Source: Betaproteobacteria bacterium (lineage in GTDB: Bacteria > Pseudomonadota > Gammaproteobacteria > Burkholderiales > WYBJ01). Taken from it: a stretch of DNA of 64,000 nt. Each line of letters opens with the position of its first letter. Position 1 is the stretch's first letter. A model generated the notes under the pieces. The model saw nothing but the letters and a program-made list of their open reading frames with translations. It was not told the DNA's origin and searched no databases. The stretch spans positions 11,874 through 75,873 of the forward strand of contig WHTS01000004.1 of assembly GCA_009377585.1 (NCBI GenBank). The letters run 5' to 3'. The position numbers and the translations under genes are program-made. Below are positions 1-9,905 of this stretch, in pieces.

Positions 1-1
1 C

Positions 2-1060
2 GGGGGTTTCACCCCGCTCGAGGGCTTCATGACATCGGCCGATTGGCGCAGCGTCTGCCGGGACATGTGCCTGGAAAACGGCTTGTTCTGGCCGATCCCG
101 ATCACGCTGTCCACCTCCCGTGCGCATGCTGGAGCGTTCAGCGAGGGCGCTGACATCGCGCTGGCGGACGCCTCCAGCGACGAAATCATGGCCACCATGA
201 CCGTGACCGAGAAGTATCCCATCGACAAGGTGTTCGAATGCCGCAGCGTCTTTCGCACCGAGGATTGCGAGCACCCGGGCGTGCGTATGGTCATGGACCA
301 GGCGGAGGTGAACCTCGCCGGTCCGGTGCGAGTGCTTTCCGACGGCGGTTTTGCACAACGCTACCCGGGGCTTTTCATGACCCCGGCGCAGACCCGCGCC
401 GCCTTCGAAAGCAAGGGCTGGTCGACGGTCGCCGCCTTCCAGACACGCAATCCGATGCACCGTTCGCATGAGTATCTGGCCAAGATCGCAATCGAAATCT
501 GCGACGGCGTGCTGGTTCATTCGCTCCTGGGCAATCTCAAGCCGGGGGACATCCCGGCCGAAGTGCGTACGCGCGCGATCGGCACTTTGCTCGACAAGTA
601 TTTCGTGGCCGATACCGTGCTGCAATCGGGCTATCCGCTCGACATGCGCTACGCGGGTCCACGAGAAGCACTGTTGCACGCGCTATTCCGGCAGAACTAC
701 GGCTGCGCCTACCAGATTCTCGGCCGCGACCACGCCGGGGTCGGCAGCTACTACGGTCCGTTCGACGCGCATCGCATCTTCGACCAAATCCCGCAGGGTG
801 CGCTGGAAACGAAGCCCTTGAAAATCGACTGGACGTTCTGGTGCTATCAATGCGGCGGCATGGCCTCGGACCGCACCTGCCCGCATGCACCCGAAGACCG
901 ACTGCTGCTATCCGGCACGAAGCTTCGCAAGATGCTTTCCGAGGGCGCGCCGGTCCCGGCCGAGTTCAGCCGGCCCGAGGTCCTGGACGTCCTGCGCGAG
1001 TATTACTCCGGACTGGACGAAAAGGTCGAAGTGAAGCTGACGGGTCACTCGGCACGCTGA
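2..1060 (+). CDS. sat: Sulfate adenylyltransferase (single-subunit ATP sulfurylase), 5' end truncated by the window edge
   Basis: Frame is open from base 2 ([10 protein letters not shown]...). Motifs [52 protein letters not shown]. Confidence 0.95.
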   Translation, partial: GGFTPLEGFMTSADWRSVCRDMCLENGLFWPIPITLSTSRAHAGAFSEGADIALADASSDEIMATMTVTEKYPIDKVFECRSVFRTEDCEHPGVRMVMDQAEVNLAGPVRVLSDGGFAQRYPGLFMTPAQTRAAFESKGWSTVAAFQTRNPMHRSHEYLAKIAIEICDGVLVHSLLGNLKPGDIPAEVRTRAIGTLLDKYFVADTVLQSGYPLDMRYAGPREALLHALFRQNYGCAYQILGRDHAGVGSYYGPFDAHRIFDQIPQGALETKPLKIDWTFWCYQCGGMASDRTCPHAPEDRLLLSGTKLRKMLSEGAPVPAEFSRPEVLDVLREYYSGLDEKVEVKLTGHSAR

Positions 1061-1076
1061 CCCGTGTAACCCTCGG

Positions 1077-2012
1077 TCAATACCCCCGGCCGATGTCGAT
1101 CAGATCGAGCAACGGCTGTCCGTCTCGCAGCCGGCGGATATTTTCCGCGATGGGCTCGATCGCAGTCTGCGGATTGGTAAGCCCGGCGATGTGCGGGGTC
1201 AAGCGCACGTTGGGATGGATCCAGAGCGGATGGTCGGCCGGCAAGGGCTCTTGCTCGGTCACGTCGAGGAAAGCGCCCGCGACCTGGCCGCTATCCAACG
1301 CCTGCAGCAAATCCGCTTCGACAACGAGCCCGCCCCGGGCCATATTGACGACGTAGCAGCCGCGCGGCAGCAAGGACAGCGTGCGCGCGTTCAGTATCCC
1401 CGCCGTGGCCGCTGTCTGCGGCAAGGCGACGACCAGTATTTCGGTTTCGCGGAGAAAGCGCGGCAGGTCGTCGGCGCCATGCAGGCACTCGACGCCCGCC
1501 ATATGCTTTGGGGTGCGGCTCCAGCCGAGCACGTTGAAGCCCAGCGCCGCCAGCTTGCGCGCGCAATCCGCGCCGTTGGCACCCAGGCCCATGACCCCGA
1601 CCCGTCGCGACCCCGTGTGCGGGAGCGGCAGTTCCTGCCAGCGCCGCTCGAGCTGAAAGCGCTCGTAAACATCGAAGCGGCGGTGGAAATGCAGGACCGC
1701 ATAGAGCGCGTATTCGCTCATCTGCTCGATCATGTTGCGGTCGACCAGACGCGCGATCGGTACGGCGCGCGGCAGATCGGGATCCGATAGCAGGTGATCG
1801 ACGCCCATGCCGAGCGAACAGATCAGCTCGAGCCGCGGGAACGTTGCCAGCAGCCCGTGCGGCGGTTTCCACGCCAGGACGACATCGACGTCGGCGGGGT
1901 TCCCCCCTTCGGGATGGATTCGAAAGTCAACGCCCGCAATACGCTCACGCAGCAGGCGACCCCACTCGGCTGCCTCATCGCTGCGCGGTGTAACCAGCAA
2001 GACCGCGCCCAT
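1077..2012 (-). CDS. ghrA: Glyoxylate/hydroxypyruvate reductase A-like D-2-hydroxyacid dehydrogenase
   Basis: GVMGLGANG Rossmann motif, GWSRTPK, NMARGGLV, LDVTEQEPLP, TPHIAG. Confidence 0.85.
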   Translation of the reverse strand: MGAVLLVTPRSDEAAEWGRLLRERIAGVDFRIHPEGGNPADVDVVLAWKPPHGLLATFPRLELICSLGMGVDHLLSDPDLPRAVPIARLVDRNMIEQMSEYALYAVLHFHRRFDVYERFQLERRWQELPLPHTGSRRVGVMGLGANGADCARKLAALGFNVLGWSRTPKHMAGVECLHGADDLPRFLRETEILVVALPQTAATAGILNARTLSLLPRGCYVVNMARGGLVVEADLLQALDSGQVAGAFLDVTEQEPLPADHPLWIHPNVRLTPHIAGLTNPQTAIEPIAENIRRLRDGQPLLDLIDIGRGY

Positions 2013-2021
2013 TGCCCCGTT

Positions 2022-2834
2022 CTATCCGCGCACGGGCTGGTTCGCTCGCGCGTCCGGGATGGCATCCGCCTGGGTGCTGGTTGCTCCAGTGTCCGGGATG
2101 ACATCCGCCTGAGTGTCCGATCCTGCTGCGTCCGGCTTGGCCGCCGCATCGGCATGTTCGCCAGGCAAATCGGCTTCCGCCGACATCATGCCCTCTCCGG
2201 CGCTGGCTGAACGTTCGTCACGCAGAGCCCGTTCCGAAGCCGGAGCGCTTTCGACCAGCGCCCCCAGATCCTCCAGCGCGGGCAGCTCCTCCAGCGATCG
2301 CAAGCAAAGGTCGTCCAGGAACTGCCGGGTCGTGGCATAGAGGGCGGGACGTCCCGGCACCTCGCGGTGCCCGATCACTTCGATCCAGCCACGCGCCTCG
2401 AGCGCCTTGACGATGTTGGTCGATACCACGACCCCGCGCACTTCCTCGATATCGCCGCGCGTGACCGGCTGCCGATAGGCGATGATCGCCAGCGTTTCCA
2501 GCACGGCCCGGGAGTACCTGGGCGGCTTCTGCGGGTTCAGGCGATCGAGAAAACCCTGCATCTCGGGCTTGGCCCGAAAGCGCCAGCCGCTTGCCACGCT
2601 CACCAGCTCCACGCCCCGACCTGCCCATTGCAGACGGATGTCTTCGAGCAGGCGGCGCAAGGTCTCGGCGCCGAGATCCTGGTCGAAGAGCCGGCGCAGC
2701 TCGTTGACCGATATGGGCTCTTGCGCCGTCAACAGCGCCGTTTCGAGAACGTTCTTGGCCCGGTCGATGTCCAGCCCCGTCTCGTCCGGGGGCTCGGCGG
2801 GTGATTGCTCTGGGATGAAATCCAAGCTATTCAA
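2022..2834 (-). CDS. scpB: SMC-Scp complex subunit ScpB with a low-complexity C-terminal tail
   Basis: [43 protein letters not shown] motifs. The probable TTG start at 2834 overlaps the scpA stop (TTGA). Confidence 0.93.
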   Translation of the reverse strand: MNSLDFIPEQSPAEPPDETGLDIDRAKNVLETALLTAQEPISVNELRRLFDQDLGAETLRRLLEDIRLQWAGRGVELVSVASGWRFRAKPEMQGFLDRLNPQKPPRYSRAVLETLAIIAYRQPVTRGDIEEVRGVVVSTNIVKALEARGWIEVIGHREVPGRPALYATTRQFLDDLCLRSLEELPALEDLGALVESAPASERALRDERSASAGEGMMSAEADLPGEHADAAAKPDAAGSDTQADVIPDTGATSTQADAIPDARANQPVRG

Positions 2835-3640
2835 GCAGCCTCCAACTCGTTGCCGTCTCCCGTGAGACGCACGTAGATCGGCGAGTAGGCCTCCTGTTGC
2901 GTCACGTCCACCAGCCCCTCGCGAGCAAGCTCCAGGATGGCAAGCAAGGTGACCACCAGTTCGCCCAACCCCGCGGCTGCATCGAACAGCGATTCGAATG
3001 CGACGAACTGGGCGCCGCGAAGCGCACGCAGCACCCGGGTCATACGTTCCCTGACCGAAAGCTGTTCGCGCGTGATCCTGTGGTGCTGGGTGATTTTCGC
3101 ACGCGCAACGATGCCGAGCCACGCCTCGCGCAGATCCTCGGGCCTCACCTGCGCCAGGCGCTGCGGCGAGACGTTTTCGATCCAGACCTGCACGAGCTGG
3201 AAATCGCGCCCGGCTTGCGGCAACTCGTTGAGCTTCTGCGCGGCGAGCTTGATTCTCTCGTATTCCATCAGGCGCCGAACCAGCTCGGCTCGCGGATCGG
3301 CCGCCTCGTCCTGCGCGGCTTTCGGCTTCGGCAGCAGCAGCCGCGACTTGATCTCGATCAGCACGGCCGCCATGAGCAGATACTCGGCCGCGAGCTCGAG
3401 CTGATTGGCCCGCATCATATCGACGTAGACGAGATATTGCGCCGTGAGCTTCGCCATCTGGATATCGAGCACGTCCAGATTGTTCTTGCGTATGAGGTAG
3501 AGCAGCAGGTCGAGCGGTCCCTCGAAGGTCTCCAGAAAGACCTCGAGCGCGTCGGGGGGGATGTAGAGATCCTCGGGAACTGCGAGGATCGGCTCGCCGT
3601 GGATTCGGGCGATGGGGGCAACCTCGGCGTGCGCAGTCAT
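2831..3640 (-). CDS. scpA: Segregation and condensation protein A
   Basis: [51 protein letters not shown]. Confidence 0.95.
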   Translation of the reverse strand: MTAHAEVAPIARIHGEPILAVPEDLYIPPDALEVFLETFEGPLDLLLYLIRKNNLDVLDIQMAKLTAQYLVYVDMMRANQLELAAEYLLMAAVLIEIKSRLLLPKPKAAQDEAADPRAELVRRLMEYERIKLAAQKLNELPQAGRDFQLVQVWIENVSPQRLAQVRPEDLREAWLGIVARAKITQHHRITREQLSVRERMTRVLRALRGAQFVAFESLFDAAAGLGELVVTLLAILELAREGLVDVTQQEAYSPIYVRLTGDGNELEAA

Positions 3641-3750
3641 GCGCGAAATTTTACTTCATGTTCGAGCTCGCAGGACCGCGACACGTTTCAAGCCGGGAGG
3701 GCTCGACCTGGCCGGATTTCTCAGGCGGCGCGTCTTCAGTTCGGACTGTC

Positions 3751-5268
3751 TCAGAACAGATGTGCAATCCCGAACGAAAGCGCCAGGAACTCGAAGTGTT
3801 GCGCCAAGCTCACGTGGCGCTGAGGTCCATCGAAGAACGACAGGAAACAGAAGAATGCAGCAACGCCCAACGAAGGAAAGAACTGGTAGCGCAACCACCC
3901 CGCGTCCGGCGCAGGCCTGCGCGCACGAAGCTGGGAGACGATGATGCCGGCGGACAACAGCAGACAATAGAAAGCGTAGGTCTGCATACGGACCACGGCT
4001 TCGACAAACCCGTACTTGGCAATGGACGGTGTCTGCATGAGAAAGTGAAACAGGAAGTTGCCGATCCCGGCAGCCATCAACGTGGCAAAGGCGATTCGCA
4101 GCCTCGGATGGCGCTTGAAGCACCGCAAGAAGGTCGGATAAAAATAGACGTGGACCAGTATCTCTTTGAAGTAATACACGTACCGGTTCCAGAACTCGGC
4201 GATGGTACGCGAGGACAGCGGGCGATAGGTATTGCGCAAGAGCCTGAATCCGGCAAGCCGGGCCGTTGCGATGATGATGTGGCCCATGATCGCAATGAGC
4301 AGCAAGCGCTCCGGCAGGCTCGCAAGCACGCTGACGAGTGAGAACGGTGTCGGCGCATACTTCCCCTGCAGGAAGTGATCGAAGGCAACCTTGAGCTCCG
4401 GGATACCGAGCTCTACATACACCGACCAGCGAAAAGCCGAAAGAATGCCGCTGAGCAGCAGCGCCCACACCAACAGCTTGACCGCCTTCAACTGAGTCAC
4501 TGCCAGTTCTTCTGGTGTCGTAGCCTCCAGGCTGCGCCAATTGGCAGCTCCTTTGCCCATGGGAACGAGGGTTGGCCAAGCGAAGGGATTGAAGGTGGCC
4601 AGATGAAGCACCATGGGCGCCGGCTCCCTGCGTCGCTGGTCGATGAGCGCGTACGCCAGATACCAGAAGTACGCAGAAAACGTCGCCAACAAACTCCACG
4701 TTGCAACCTGCACATAATCCTCGAGCACGCCCGAGGTCGCCAGCCCGAGGAGACAGGCGTAGACGACGTGTTGCACGAGGACTGGAGCACGCCCAAGCGG
4801 ATGATTCCGAAAACAGCGCGCGAGGTAGATGAGCAGAATGGCGAGCGGAACGCAGGCGATCAGCGTGGCGGCTCGCAGCGTACCGAGATGGAAGATGCCG
4901 TACAGATATTCCTGCCTCAGCACCGTCTCGACTGCATCAAAGTCTAACCAGGTCGGATTGCGCGCCAGCAGTATCCCCGCACCGACAAGCAGGACGTAGT
5001 ATCGGTAGCGCCCCGCGACCGAAACCACGGCGGCGACCACGGTGAGAATCAGCCATGTCGCTCGACCTGCGACCCAGCCTTCGATCGCGTGCAGTTTCAT
5101 GAACGCCGCGAAAACGGCGAACAGAGTCAGCTTGCCGGGGATCGTCTGGACGAAGGCCACCGCCGCTGGATAGGTCTCGAGGGGCAGCAGACGCCATGCA
5201 CGCGGGTCGGCCCAGGCAGCTTGCGCGTGGCGCTTTGGCAACGAACTCTCAGATGCCACGGATTTCAT
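3751..5268 (-). CDS. MBOAT-family membrane-bound O-acyltransferase-like polytopic membrane protein
   Basis: Many hydrophobic helices. GFRLLRNTYRPLSSRTIAEFWNRY resembles the MBOAT signature (G...N...P..S....FW.RW). Candidate catalytic His in GNFLFH. Confidence 0.7.
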   Translation of the reverse strand: MKSVASESSLPKRHAQAAWADPRAWRLLPLETYPAAVAFVQTIPGKLTLFAVFAAFMKLHAIEGWVAGRATWLILTVVAAVVSVAGRYRYYVLLVGAGILLARNPTWLDFDAVETVLRQEYLYGIFHLGTLRAATLIACVPLAILLIYLARCFRNHPLGRAPVLVQHVVYACLLGLATSGVLEDYVQVATWSLLATFSAYFWYLAYALIDQRRREPAPMVLHLATFNPFAWPTLVPMGKGAANWRSLEATTPEELAVTQLKAVKLLVWALLLSGILSAFRWSVYVELGIPELKVAFDHFLQGKYAPTPFSLVSVLASLPERLLLIAIMGHIIIATARLAGFRLLRNTYRPLSSRTIAEFWNRYVYYFKEILVHVYFYPTFLRCFKRHPRLRIAFATLMAAGIGNFLFHFLMQTPSIAKYGFVEAVVRMQTYAFYCLLLSAGIIVSQLRARRPAPDAGWLRYQFFPSLGVAAFFCFLSFFDGPQRHVSLAQHFEFLALSFGIAHLF

Positions 5269-5564
5269 TGCGTGTCATGCTCGTACCGACCGTGAAGCCT
5301 ATAGCAGAAGAATTCGCGCTTCCCATACACAGCAAGCACCCAACAGGACGTCACGGAATGCCCTTGGCATCGCGATAGCGCCGCGTGCCGAACAACCGTA
5401 CAGTAGGCGTCTCAAGGAACTGAACCGGCGGAGCAGCAAGCGGCCGACAGCCCATGGGCTATAGCGGCTCAGTCCCGATGAGCTTGATCGCGGAGCAGAA
5501 GTCAAGCCGCCACGGTTCGCAGGCGTTGCTCGATACTTGAACCTTGCGTGGCGGCGTATCAACG

Positions 5565-5593
5565 ACAAACGCCAGCGCAAGGCTGGCGTTTGT
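5565..5593 (-). terminator. Intrinsic terminator downstream of the PEP-CTERM gene
   Basis: Perfect 12-bp stem ACAAACGCCAGC/GCTGGCGTTTGT with a 5-nt loop, about 20 bp past the stop at 5613. Confidence 0.75.
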
Positions 5594-5612
5594 TCATCGA
5601 GTATCGAGTGGA

Positions 5613-6377
5613 TCAAGCAGGCGTCGGCTCGGTACGGCCTCTCGTAATGGATGACCGACGCCGCAGGCCGAGCATTGCAAGCAGGCCGATCCCAATGAGA
5701 GCCAGCGATTGCGGCTCAGGTGCCTGCCCGTATCCGCCTGCCGAGCTGACCTTGAATTTTTCAAAACCATTGCTGGACGGTAATTGGCCCGAGACAACCA
5801 GGTAGCGCCCGGAATTATTGCCTGTGAGACTCATCGAGGATGCTAACCCCAGGACAGTCGATGAAGTAAAGCCGCTGCCCGCCGCCCCCAACACCGTGCC
5901 ACTGGAACACGTTGACCTCAGGCAGAAATCATTGAAATCACCGACATCAAACCCTGTGCCCCCATCGCCGGCCCAATATGTCAATTTATCTCCGGAGTAG
6001 ATGTAGCCAAGATCGAGCGAACTCCAATCAAAATTAGCCATCTGCGAATCAAAAACGAGTACTTGATCCTTACCCGAGTTGTCCAGCGTATAGTTGTCGG
6101 GCCAGTCGGACTCGCCGCTACCCCGAACCCCGAGACCCCAAGAGCCATCTGCAACGACCCGGGCATCTTCCAGCTTACCACTCCCATCGGAATAGTCTGT
6201 CTCGAACGCATACACCTTGAGCGTTTTACCAGTTGGACTGCTGCCGAAGTTCAGGGAATCCCCCAGCCCACTGGTGCCTGTAGTGTTAAGGTTCCATGAG
6301 TATTGAATTGCTGACGCCATCCCGCCTGCCGAAAGCAAGCCTAGGCCAAGCACTACGCACGCAGCCGTGTTTTTCAT
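5613..6377 (-). CDS. PEP-CTERM sorting-domain surface protein (alternative start 6389)
   Basis: N-terminal signal peptide MKNTAACVVLGLGLLSAGGMASA, Ser/Gly/Thr/Asn-rich body, C-terminal APEPQSLALIGIGLLAMLGLRRR. Confidence 0.93.
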   Translation of the reverse strand: MKNTAACVVLGLGLLSAGGMASAIQYSWNLNTTGTSGLGDSLNFGSSPTGKTLKVYAFETDYSDGSGKLEDARVVADGSWGLGVRGSGESDWPDNYTLDNSGKDQVLVFDSQMANFDWSSLDLGYIYSGDKLTYWAGDGGTGFDVGDFNDFCLRSTCSSGTVLGAAGSGFTSSTVLGLASSMSLTGNNSGRYLVVSGQLPSSNGFEKFKVSSAGGYGQAPEPQSLALIGIGLLAMLGLRRRSSITRGRTEPTPA

Positions 6378-6446
6378 TTGAGCATCCAAAATATGTGGTG
6401 CAAGCGGCCAGCTTACCCGCTGAACTATCCGATCTGCACGTCAATA

Positions 6447-6573
6447 AGCAACTTCCACACCAAATTGGTCGCAATCATACAAGATATTGTTTTAGAACAA
6501 GTTGTCTCAAGACAACAAGGCGTGCGAGTAAGAGCGGTCCTTCCGCGATAAATGTTTGTAAAAAAACTCGACA
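6447..6573 (-). promoter_or_regulatory. Putative sigma54 promoter with IHF-like site and upstream enhancer for the PEP-CTERM gene
   Basis: Minus-strand TGGTGTGGAAGTTGCT (6462-6447) has GG-N10-GC spacing. CAAGATATTGTTT (6480-6492) is one mismatch from the IHF consensus. TGT-N11-ACA (TGTAAAAAAACTCGACA, 6557-6573) lies about 95 bp further upstream. Confidence 0.6.
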
Positions 6574-6717
6574 CACCGAGACTGGCCGCTGTCTGTCAGT
6601 AATCAGCCGGGGACATACGCAATCCAAAGATGTATTTACAATTCAAGGAAAGAACGCACAACTCCACTCAAACCGGCTTACGCACAAGGAATAAGCCGCT
6701 GGTATCCGGACGACCAG

Positions 6718-9700
6718 TCAGAGTTTGTTCGCTAGCATTCGCGCCTCCGCGAGCTGAGGGAACAGCTTGCCCGTCGACAGCAACGCCGAAAGCTCGGTCC
6801 TCGCACGTTCGCGGTCCCCGATCTTGACTAAAGCCAGAACGTATTGATACCGGATCTCGCCATTCTCCGGATCGAGTGTCACTGCTTTTCGGAGAACCTG
6901 CAGCGCTTCAGCCACTTTCCCTTGGTTTAGAAATGCGATTCCCAAAGTCGAGGCGATTACGGGATCGTTCGGGCGAGTCTGGAACGCTTGCCGAGCGTAT
7001 TCCAACGCCCTTGGATCGCCCAGGCGCACCATTGCATCGGCCAGGTTGTTCAGGACGCGATAGTTATTCGGATCGCGCTCGAGCAGTGCCATGTACAAAT
7101 GAATTGCTTCGGGGATACGCCCAAATCGAACCAGCGCGTCTGCCGCATAGAGCTGTACCAGGCCATCGCTGGGATGCTTCTTGACCCAGTCGAGCAACGG
7201 TTCGATGGGCGCATCGCGTCCCAGTAGCCTGGATTCAGCCTGATGCAGGCGGACCTGCAATCGACCGATGGGCTCGAGCAGAATCGCTGACTTGAAGGCA
7301 ACAAGAGCCTGTTTTGCATCGCCTTGAGCCAAGTGAATTTCGCCCTCGAGCGCCAATCCGATGGCACGTTTTGGCAGTTGCTTCTTGGCCTTATCCGCTA
7401 CGTCGAACGCCTCGGTGTATTGATTTTCTTGCAGCAGGAGCTCGACAAGAAGCGCGAATGTATGGGCGTTTCCGGGGCCGAGTGCCAGCGCTTCCTGCAG
7501 CGTTACAATTGCGGCCCGCCGTTGACCGGAGGAATTCTGGACTTCCGCGAGCTGCAGGCGCCCCGGCAAGAAGCGCGGCCGCATATTCACCAAGGCCGTG
7601 AAGGACTGGACCGCGCCGGCGATATCCTTGGCTTCGAGCTGTAGTTTCCCGAGCAGCTCGGCCGCGGAGGGATTCAGCGGGTCGGCTTCTCTGGCACGGC
7701 GCGCCGTGCCAAGCGCGGCGTCGAGCTTGCCGGACCGGCGCTGCAATTCCGCAAGCAGGACCTGTCCCGTAACGTTATCGGGATAGGCGTCGACGATGCG
7801 TTGCACGCGGGAAAGCGCCTTATCCACCTTTCCGTCGGTTGCATCCAGCTTCGCCAGCGCAAACGAGGCATCCAAATTTGCCGGGTTCGCCTTCAGCAAA
7901 GCCTCGAAGCGAGCGCGAGCACCATCGGCATCGCCGTTCGACAGCGCCTGCTCCGCGAGCGCCACAGCCGCCGGGAAAAACGTCGGGTCTGCCTTGAGCG
8001 CCGTTTCATAGCTTTCGCGCGCCTTCACCGAATCCTTCTGCAATGAATACGCGAGCCCGCGGAGCCAATGATGCTCGGGGCTTTCGGGCATGCGCTTTTC
8101 CAGCTTTGCGGCGACGGCCAGGGCCTCGTCGATCCATCCTTTCGCCATCAAGGTTATCGCCAGGCGGCGGTACGGGAACGGATTCGCAGGCTCGAGGGCA
8201 ACTGCCTTTTCATACTCGCTGATTGCGCTGTCTTGAGCACCCGCGGCGAGTTGCGCTGTGCCAAGACTGGTCAGGATTGCAGGATTCGAGGAATCGAGGC
8301 GCGCGGCTTTGGTCAGCAGCGCGCGTGCGCGTTCAGTGCTTCCAATCTGAAGATATGCCTCGCCCGCGACCAATAGAAAACTTGCGTCCTTGATATCCAG
8401 CTCGGCCAACGGTGCGACAATGTCGACTGCCGCCTGAGGCCGCTGCTTTTTCAGCAATACGATAGCGAGCATTTTTCGCGCTTGAATGCTCCCGGGAAAC
8501 CTGACGAGGTAATCATTGAAGGCATCCTGCGCCTGTTCCAGATTCCCGACCGTCAAATTGAGCATTCCGGCCAGGTACACAGTGGGCATATGCTTTGGCA
8601 CTACGCTCAACACCGACTGCAGCCACTCGCGGCATTCGTCGTAGCGCTTCTCTCGCAGCGCCAGTACGGCGTTTGCGTAGCTGAGCAAATGACTGGAAGG
8701 AGAAATGGAGCGCGCCTTGCGCAATTCCCTGCGTGCCTCGACCAGCTCTTCCTGGCCAATCAGGGTGATCGCGCTGCTCAGTATGGCGTCCAGAGAGCTG
8801 GGCGCGAGTGACTCGGCCGCTCGGTACGCGGCAACGGCCTCGGTCGGCTTCTCCTGACTCCGAAGCAGATCCCCTTTGGCGAGCCACGCCTCGACGGTGC
8901 TCGGATGCTTGGCGATTACGTCGTCGAGCAACTTGCTCGCGCCATCCGTGTCGCCTTCTCGCAGCATCACACGGGCAAGACCGGCCATCGCCGGTCCCGG
9001 CAATTTGCTGCGCGCGATATTGAACTGTGTCCGCGCGTCGACAGTATTGCCGACGCCGAGATACGCCCGTCCAAGCAGCAACGCAATCGTCTCGCTCGGC
9101 ACCTTTGCGAGTAGCAGTTTCGAATCGCCAAGCGCTTTCAAGACCTCCTCGTGCCGGTCGAGGTCGATCAGAATCTGCATGGCGAGCGGCACCGTCTCGG
9201 CCGCTGGCACCCCGAGATCGCGGGCGCGCGTCAAGGCATTCTCCGCATCCAACAGCGCACCCGTGGCAACGTACGCCTTGCCCAGCAGCAAGTGCGCTTC
9301 GGAGTTTTCGGGCTCCCGATCTACGATGTTCTTGAACAGAATCGATGCCGCCACGTTGTCGCCGCGCGCCTGGTACGCCTTGGCCTCTTCCATCAATTCG
9401 GGAATGGGCTTTTGTGGTTTTAACGCGAGAAACGTTATCCAAAGGGTCAGTGCGAGCGCAACGAAGCCGGCACCCCATGCATACTTGTTCCACCCTCGAG
9501 ACTGTGGAACAGGCGGGCGCGGCAAAAGGGTCTCGGGGCTGACGAGCGCGCCGACACGCTCCTCCTTGGAATACGTATGCCGCGGCGGCTCGTCACCGAG
9601 GAGGCTGCTCGGACTGACCTGGCAAATGTCCGGATCAGCCCCGGGTCGGTCGGCCGGGACAGAGGCATCGGGCAGCAAGCTGCTCGGCCCCTTTTCGTCG

Positions 9701-9732
9701 TCCGATCGATTCAGTTTGCCGAATATTGCCAA
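6718..9732 (-). CDS. prsT: PEP-CTERM system TPR-repeat protein, PrsT-like
   Basis: About 1000 aa of tandem TPRs. Start of the repeat region (ELMEEAKAYQARGDNVAASILFKNIV...EAHLLLGKAY) and C-terminus (EIRYQYVLALVKIGDRERARTEL..LL....F) resemble PrsT. Adjacent to a PEP-CTERM gene. Confidence 0.75.
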   Translation of the reverse strand: MAIFGKLNRSDDEKGPSSLLPDASVPADRPGADPDICQVSPSSLLGDEPPRHTYSKEERVGALVSPETLLPRPPVPQSRGWNKYAWGAGFVALALTLWITFLALKPQKPIPELMEEAKAYQARGDNVAASILFKNIVDREPENSEAHLLLGKAYVATGALLDAENALTRARDLGVPAAETVPLAMQILIDLDRHEEVLKALGDSKLLLAKVPSETIALLLGRAYLGVGNTVDARTQFNIARSKLPGPAMAGLARVMLREGDTDGASKLLDDVIAKHPSTVEAWLAKGDLLRSQEKPTEAVAAYRAAESLAPSSLDAILSSAITLIGQEELVEARRELRKARSISPSSHLLSYANAVLALREKRYDECREWLQSVLSVVPKHMPTVYLAGMLNLTVGNLEQAQDAFNDYLVRFPGSIQARKMLAIVLLKKQRPQAAVDIVAPLAELDIKDASFLLVAGEAYLQIGSTERARALLTKAARLDSSNPAILTSLGTAQLAAGAQDSAISEYEKAVALEPANPFPYRRLAITLMAKGWIDEALAVAAKLEKRMPESPEHHWLRGLAYSLQKDSVKARESYETALKADPTFFPAAVALAEQALSNGDADGARARFEALLKANPANLDASFALAKLDATDGKVDKALSRVQRIVDAYPDNVTGQVLLAELQRRSGKLDAALGTARRAREADPLNPSAAELLGKLQLEAKDIAGAVQSFTALVNMRPRFLPGRLQLAEVQNSSGQRRAAIVTLQEALALGPGNAHTFALLVELLLQENQYTEAFDVADKAKKQLPKRAIGLALEGEIHLAQGDAKQALVAFKSAILLEPIGRLQVRLHQAESRLLGRDAPIEPLLDWVKKHPSDGLVQLYAADALVRFGRIPEAIHLYMALLERDPNNYRVLNNLADAMVRLGDPRALEYARQAFQTRPNDPVIASTLGIAFLNQGKVAEALQVLRKAVTLDPENGEIRYQYVLALVKIGDRERARTELSALLSTGKLFPQLAEARMLANKL

Positions 9733-9905
9733 GTTCGCACGCTCCGTTCACTTTCCGACACGTCCGTCGATAGATGCACGCGGGTCGTTCGTCCGTCGTA
9801 AAACCAGCGGACGCGACGACACCTCAGCTACGGACGGGTTTCTTGCTCTTCGGACATTAACGGTTGACAGGCCGTCATCTCAAGGAGGTTTGCAATCCTC
9901 TTGGA

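Noticed and set aside
5299-5616. 105-aa ORF as an acyl carrier protein for the MBOAT
   Set aside because: No DSL-type phosphopantetheine motif, it is basic rather than acidic, and it runs through the terminator.
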